Shown: positions 59,225 to 64,000 of the stretch, piece after piece | How the letters are laid out: every line of letters starts with the position of its first letter | How positions within the stretch are numbered: the first letter of the stretch is position 1 | Notes under the pieces: model-generated | Database searches by the model: none | Told to the model about the DNA's origin: nothing | Seen by the model: only the letters and a program-made list of their open reading frames with translations | Program-made: the position numbers and the translations under genes | Source: Candidatus Obscuribacterales bacterium | Lineage (GTDB): Bacteria > Cyanobacteriota > Vampirovibrionia > Obscuribacterales > Obscuribacteraceae | DNA length: 64,000 nucleotides | Assembly (NCBI GenBank): GCA_965228855.1 | Contig: CBDDIJ010000005.1 | Span: 1,472,001-1,536,000 of the forward strand | Direction of reading: 5' to 3'

Positions 59225-60897
59225 GCCTCTGCTTCGCCGAAAGTAGGGTCAAGTTCAATTCGATAAGGGTGCCAGGAGCACTCATTGAAGAACTCTTGCC
59301 AGTATTGGAACACCTTCAAATCGTCCGGCGTCCCCCAACAAACGTAGTAATCGATCTCAAAGACGCGGCAATCAAGCCCCATCTCAGCCAGTTCACCAAT
59401 TAAGCTATCAACGTAAAACTCATTATTGACGCGCACATTTTTCTCCTGGAGGCGGTTGAGTCCTTCAAGAAGATACTGCGCTTTGCGGAACCAGAAACTG
59501 CCGACAATCGCGTGATCGTTTCCAGGTGTATCCGAAATCGGCACCTTGACTGAAACACCGACGATGCTATCCACGCCCGAAGGTGGAAAGCTGGAACTCT
59601 TCGCGCTCGCGCTGGAACCGTGCGCGGACGAGTTCGAACTCTGCTCGGTCTTGATCCAGCCGTATGCCTTCGGGTTTCGCTTGCTGGCAGGGTGATTTCG
59701 AAAGGTGAATGCCACCGCGTCCACTCTCTGATTATCAATCAACGTCTGAAATCTTTCTCGGTCATAGAGCATACCGTTATCACAAGCCCCGATGATAAGC
59801 GGCTTTTCGAGATCTACCGGAGGAGAAGCGTTTTCCACACCGAAGGCACATGTACACGCTTGCCCTTCTGTCACACGGTCCAGCGCAACGATGCTACATC
59901 CCGGATAGGCGCGGCCAAGCGCATCTTCAATGTTTGAACTTTCCAGATGTTCTTTCAGCGCGACGAACACATATCGTCCCGCCTGAGGCAAGCTATCCGT
60001 TGCTTGAACAACCATCGGCTTTCCACTCACTTCAATCAGCGGCTTCGGCGTTGAATAGCCAGCTGCGCTGAAGCGAGAACCATGACCAGCCATCGGCAAC
60101 AAGACCGTCGTATCAGGCGCGTCTGCCGCTCGTTTGTTTTCGAGCGCGCTTCGAAAGTAATCAGACCACTTCTGATACTCCTCCAAATCCTTGGGAGTTC
60201 CCCACTGCAACATGTGCGGGACCTCGTAAACACTCACAGGCAGACCATCGCGCACCATCAAGTTATAAATCATACTGACGTAGAATTCGCCATTGACTTG
60301 AACATCCTGCGCCATCAGCTCCGTAAAATACTTCTTCACGTGCCGACCGTGCCGGAAGTAATACGTCCCATTCGAGGCATACTCAGCCATTCGGTCATCG
60401 GTAAATGGCTGTTTCTCCTGAATAGCTTGCAGCCAGCGATCGTCATCCTTGATGAAGGCGTAATTGTCAGTACCCAACATGTGTGGGTGAAATCCGCGGT
60501 AAGACGGCACGCAGCCCTCAGCTTCGCGAGTGTGCGTGTCATTCAAAAAATCCGAATAATCCCAATCGGAATAGAAATCGCAGTAATTGACGATGACCTC
60601 ATCCTCATCATCAATCTGGTCTAAACACTGACTAACCGCATAGACCGGACCTTTCTTGTGCGGCTCAATCGCTACGATTCGACCGCTAGGCTTATACTGT
60701 TGAAGCACCGAACGTAGTGGCGTCGTTTCCAAATGCTCGCGATTGCAGATGAACAAAAAATTGGTTTCACCCGGAAACATATCAATGACATACGAAATAA
60801 TCGGTCTACCGTCGACGACGATGAGCGGCTTCGGCACTGTGTATCCAGCGTCGCCGAAACGTTTCCCGATTCCGGACATGGGAATTACTACTTGCAT
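59194..60897 (-). CDS. Tandem two-domain sugar-phosphate nucleotidyltransferase
   Basis: IPMSGIGKRF..PKPLI and LPMAGHGSRF..PKPLI; VNGEFYVS/VNNEFYVD; WGTP twice. Confidence 0.88.
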   Translation of the reverse strand: MQVVIPMSGIGKRFGDAGYTVPKPLIVVDGRPIISYVIDMFPGETNFLFICNREHLETTPLRSVLQQYKPSGRIVAIEPHKKGPVYAVSQCLDQIDDEDEVIVNYCDFYSDWDYSDFLNDTHTREAEGCVPSYRGFHPHMLGTDNYAFIKDDDRWLQAIQEKQPFTDDRMAEYASNGTYYFRHGRHVKKYFTELMAQDVQVNGEFYVSMIYNLMVRDGLPVSVYEVPHMLQWGTPKDLEEYQKWSDYFRSALENKRAADAPDTTVLLPMAGHGSRFSAAGYSTPKPLIEVSGKPMVVQATDSLPQAGRYVFVALKEHLESSNIEDALGRAYPGCSIVALDRVTEGQACTCAFGVENASPPVDLEKPLIIGACDNGMLYDRERFQTLIDNQRVDAVAFTFRNHPASKRNPKAYGWIKTEQSSNSSAHGSSASAKSSSFPPSGVDSIVGVSVKVPISDTPGNDHAIVGSFWFRKAQYLLEGLNRLQEKNVRVNNEFYVDSLIGELAEMGLDCRVFEIDYYVCWGTPDDLKVFQYWQEFFNECSWHPYRIELDPTFGEAEACQKKQIQVK

Positions 60898-60899
60898 GA

Positions 60900-62030
60900 T
60901 TACATCCGCTGCCGTGCTTTTTCCGCTTCCCAATTGAGCAGATATTGCTGCTCGTCATTGCTTAAAAACTGCACCTCATCCATGTCAGCATTGCTGAGCA
61001 TCATCACGTGCGCTTTCAGCACTTCTTCCAAACGCCTGCAGTGCTTGATTGTGCGATCGACTATAAACAGATGATCGTCAACGACGATAACCTTCGGCAG
61101 ATGCTGATACTTTTCGATGAAGTCTTTGATGGAACGTGCGTCGCCGAGCGACTTCAATCGCAGCCCCGCAGAACCGCAATAGACGAGCTGATCCGGCCAA
61201 CTCGGTCGCTCAATGATCAAATCCTCATTGCTCTTCAGTGCGTCAAGCAAAACCTTATCTTCGCAATAATATGAGCAAACCGACTCAGTCGAAACGGTTC
61301 GCATCAAGCTTGTAATCTGGTTGGTTAGCCGATAATGCGCCAGGTTTAACCCAAGATGCTCGCCGACTTTCGCAACCACTTCATTAGTCGAATCAATCAC
61401 TTCTTCGACCGTGGGAGCGGAAATTATGACACCATGATTCTCAAGGAAAACCTTCTTCGCTTTCGACTTCGTTTTCTTCGAAAGAGCAGAGCCATTGCCG
61501 CCGGTGTCCACAACTTTGTTCTCAGCCTCGGAAATCTCGTCCAGTTTGTCCATCAGCGCCAGCGCTAGCCGCACACCTGGAGTCTCATAATCAACGCAAA
61601 TCGCCTCCGGATAGAGCGACTGGATGACCGACTTCCAGTTCTTCCGGCACAAAAGTGCGGTCACCGCGATGGGATGAGTATGCAGCGTAAACGGCCCTAG
61701 CAGACAGTGCATCAGCGTCTCAATCGAGGGGCGTACGTCCGGAGTCTTCGAGCATTGCGCGACCGCCTTACCCGCTACCCTTTCCAGCTCGGTCTTCTCC
61801 AGCTTGGACTGCTTGCCTTTGAGGTTGCGCATGGTTTCAACCAATGCTGCGTGGTCCAGGCGACACGTCCCCGACGCATCCTTCACATCACTCAACGGCC
61901 AACCGGAAGCAGTAATCCAGAGTTCACCGTCGCGCACAAAGGAAGCGTTACCACCGCCGGCCTGACTCAAATCAAAGCGCTCGCCCGCAAACGAACAGAT
62001 ATTCACAAGCTCGTTTACTTCGACTGCCAC
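60900..62030 (-). CDS. Class II aldolase/epimerase family protein
   Basis: QAGGGNAS, ITASG, RPSIETLMH, LHTHP, LENHG. Confidence 0.88.
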   Translation of the reverse strand: MAVEVNELVNICSFAGERFDLSQAGGGNASFVRDGELWITASGWPLSDVKDASGTCRLDHAALVETMRNLKGKQSKLEKTELERVAGKAVAQCSKTPDVRPSIETLMHCLLGPFTLHTHPIAVTALLCRKNWKSVIQSLYPEAICVDYETPGVRLALALMDKLDEISEAENKVVDTGGNGSALSKKTKSKAKKVFLENHGVIISAPTVEEVIDSTNEVVAKVGEHLGLNLAHYRLTNQITSLMRTVSTESVCSYYCEDKVLLDALKSNEDLIIERPSWPDQLVYCGSAGLRLKSLGDARSIKDFIEKYQHLPKVIVVDDHLFIVDRTIKHCRRLEEVLKAHVMMLSNADMDEVQFLSNDEQQYLLNWEAEKARQRM

Positions 62031-62087
62031 AGTTTTCTCCTCAGAATGCGTACTAATTATATCCCTGTCCGTTCGCCGAAAAACAAC

Positions 62088-62780
62088 TTAGAAACTGCGA
62101 ATCAAAGTTTTCAACTGCTCGAAAGTTTCAAACTCGACAGCCAGTTCCGAAGACACGCTCGGTTTTTCCTGCTCCAGCCGCATCCAGAAGGAACGCATGC
62201 CAAGGTTTACACCACCCACGATATCCTTCTTCCAATTGTCACCAACGACGCAGGCGTCGGCGGCGTCGCATCCCAGTTTATTCAACGCCAGATTGAAAAT
62301 ACGCGCATCCGGCTTCTCGATACCAGCCTCTTCGCTGGTTACAATTGCCTGAAATCGGTTTTGAAAATTCAAGTGTCGCAGTTTTTGAAATTGAATCTGC
62401 GCGGTCAAATCAGTCACTATGGCAATCTGCATATACTTTATCGAATCGAGGAATTCAATCGCCCCGGGGCGCAATTCCATTTTTGAAATAAACCGCTCCC
62501 AATAAACGCGCTCCGCTTCCAGGCTGTGCAAGCACGGATCGAAGCCGAGCAGCTCGGAGACTCTCTGAAAGTAGAGCAGCCGGCTGTGCGATGATCCTTG
62601 GCCGGACAGTTCGCGATTTATTTGCGAGCGCCCTTCTTTGTACGCACCACCAACGGTGTCAACACCAAAACCGGAAGCATCGCTTAAAAACGTGATTGCC
62701 GCCTCGAGAGCCGGTCGATGAGCTGTTTCGTAGTCATAGAGCGTGTTATCAAGATCCAGGAGGACCGCTTTAAACGGCAT
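62088..62780 (-). CDS. HAD-superfamily phosphatase
   Basis: DLDNTLY, VTD, EKPD, VGDNWKKD. Confidence 0.92.
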   Translation of the reverse strand: MPFKAVLLDLDNTLYDYETAHRPALEAAITFLSDASGFGVDTVGGAYKEGRSQINRELSGQGSSHSRLLYFQRVSELLGFDPCLHSLEAERVYWERFISKMELRPGAIEFLDSIKYMQIAIVTDLTAQIQFQKLRHLNFQNRFQAIVTSEEAGIEKPDARIFNLALNKLGCDAADACVVGDNWKKDIVGGVNLGMRSFWMRLEQEKPSVSSELAVEFETFEQLKTLIRSF

Positions 62781-63999
62781 TAGCGTCCTCTCTTTCTTGC
62801 ATCAGTTCACTCAGCACAACCAGAACGAGCAACTGAACGAAACCTCTGTAGCCCTCGCGCCAGGCGATTTCTCCGGCGAAGATTTCCGCCCTGTTCACGA
62901 TGATCTCGTCTGCGAGCGTCGTCAACAAATCAGCAGTAACCGGTCGATACAGCGTGATCTCCTGGCGGGTCAAATCCTCGCTATAATCCCAGTAGACGGG
63001 AACACCTTGCGATGTCAACGCTTCGACTAAAAGCTCCAGCTGAATGCTTGAAGACAAACTCATGTGCAGGGTCAGCCGGTCTTCAAACATAGTAGCATCA
63101 GACACATTCGCGCCGGTAATCGCAGCAACCGAGGTCGACGAAGCCGATGGTTGCAACATCACGGAATTGTCCGCCGCAGAGGTCTCAGCTGCGGAACTCG
63201 ACACGGCGCTGCCGTTCTCGGTAGTTCGACCAACAGACATCTCGAATTCATCTCGCAAATAATACCGAATGTTTAAATCGGCAAATTCTCTTTGCGGCGC
63301 GATAAACCTGTCGGAGTCAGGTCTGCGACTTTCGATCTGTTTGATAATTTCGTCTTCGGTATAGCCGCGTTCCGTCTGATCGCGCAGCATTTTCCAACGA
63401 GCATTCAGCGCATAATCAGTATCCATGAAGATTTTGAAGTCGATGAGCTTTCGCATCTTCGGCAAATAAAAAGTGTGCAGACCTGAAATGATCACAAATT
63501 CATTGGGCTCCACTCTTCGAGGAGTCGTGAATTGCCCGGTAGAATGGTCGTATTCAACGCGTTGAGCTGCGCGACCGCGCTTTAAACTCAAGATAGTTTC
63601 TGCCTGCCGGTGCAAGAAGTTGGCCTTCGGGTCCAGGTGAGTAAGCTGCTTCCAATGCTCATCTCCACGTTCCCACTTATGATCACCGTCACCTTCGAGT
63701 TCAACCACTCTACCTGTCAACAGGTCTTTCACATCACCAAGCAAGGTGCTCTTACCGGCACCACTATCGCCACCAATACCGACAACTACGGCATGGTCGC
63801 GTTTATAAATCGAATTGCTTCGAACGCCGGCCCGATAGCACAAAACTATATTGCTCAACACGCCAACTTCGAGCAGAGTGAAGAAGCATGAGCGTAGAGT
63901 ATCTGAGCCGATTTTGAACTCCAGTGGTTGGCTGAGATAAACCAAACCGACGTAATCAGGGATATCGAACCAAACAAAATACAGGAGATAGAAAACGTT
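62770..63999 (-). CDS. Phosphoribulokinase-like kinase with hydrophobic N-terminal extension (5'-truncated by the window edge)
   Basis: GIGGDSGAGKST, LDPKAN, YDHSTG, SGLH, WKMLRD..ERGY, RRPD..FIAPQREFAD; frame stays open to the window end (NVFYLLYFVWFDIPDYVGL..). Confidence 0.85.
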   Translation of the reverse strand, partial: NVFYLLYFVWFDIPDYVGLVYLSQPLEFKIGSDTLRSCFFTLLEVGVLSNIVLCYRAGVRSNSIYKRDHAVVVGIGGDSGAGKSTLLGDVKDLLTGRVVELEGDGDHKWERGDEHWKQLTHLDPKANFLHRQAETILSLKRGRAAQRVEYDHSTGQFTTPRRVEPNEFVIISGLHTFYLPKMRKLIDFKIFMDTDYALNARWKMLRDQTERGYTEDEIIKQIESRRPDSDRFIAPQREFADLNIRYYLRDEFEMSVGRTTENGSAVSSSAAETSAADNSVMLQPSASSTSVAAITGANVSDATMFEDRLTLHMSLSSSIQLELLVEALTSQGVPVYWDYSEDLTRQEITLYRPVTADLLTTLADEIIVNRAEIFAGEIAWREGYRGFVQLLVLVVLSELMQEREDANAV

Positions 64000-64000
64000 C

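Noticed and set aside
62770..63999. Calvin-cycle prk / evidence of autotrophy
   Set aside because: Embedded in a glycosylation operon, apparently membrane-fused, no RuBisCO gene in the window

Overview
Gene-dense bacterial chromosomal window (~50% GC by eye) with no rRNA, tRNA, CRISPR array or transposase that I can recognise. The cyanobacteria-like SigA, TrxA, PGM/PMM and PRK homologues, with no photosynthesis genes here, suggest a non-photosynthetic Cyanobacteria relative (Vampirovibrionia/Melainabacteria, Obscuribacterales-like); this is inference only. Housekeeping and envelope genes: CzcA/CusA RND pump and MFP, class A PBP, dnaG-rpoD, dihydropyrimidinase, murQ, tsaD, PGM/PMM, FtsB-like protein, three histidine kinases, and a Tad/Flp pilus cluster with no secretin in the window. 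Most unusual elements: (1) a 1125-aa membrane FtsH-type protease with THREE complete tandem AAA+ modules before one HEAGH protease domain, behind a cluster of three thioredoxins and a fasciclin; (2) a glycosylation locus with a membrane-fused phosphoribulokinase homologue, HAD, class II aldolase/epimerase, tandem nucleotidyltransferase, GtrA, GT2 and a GDPD-like enzyme, possibly a lipid-linked ketose transfer pathway; (3) a 750-aa effector-like protein ending in an ADP-ribosyltransferase-like domain; (4) an intergenic mosaic repeat of promoter-like motifs and identical hairpins at 35.85-36.27 kb; (5) three secreted G/S/N-rich proteins behind a consensus promoter with a DnaA box in its spacer. 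All calls come from motif reading, not database searches.
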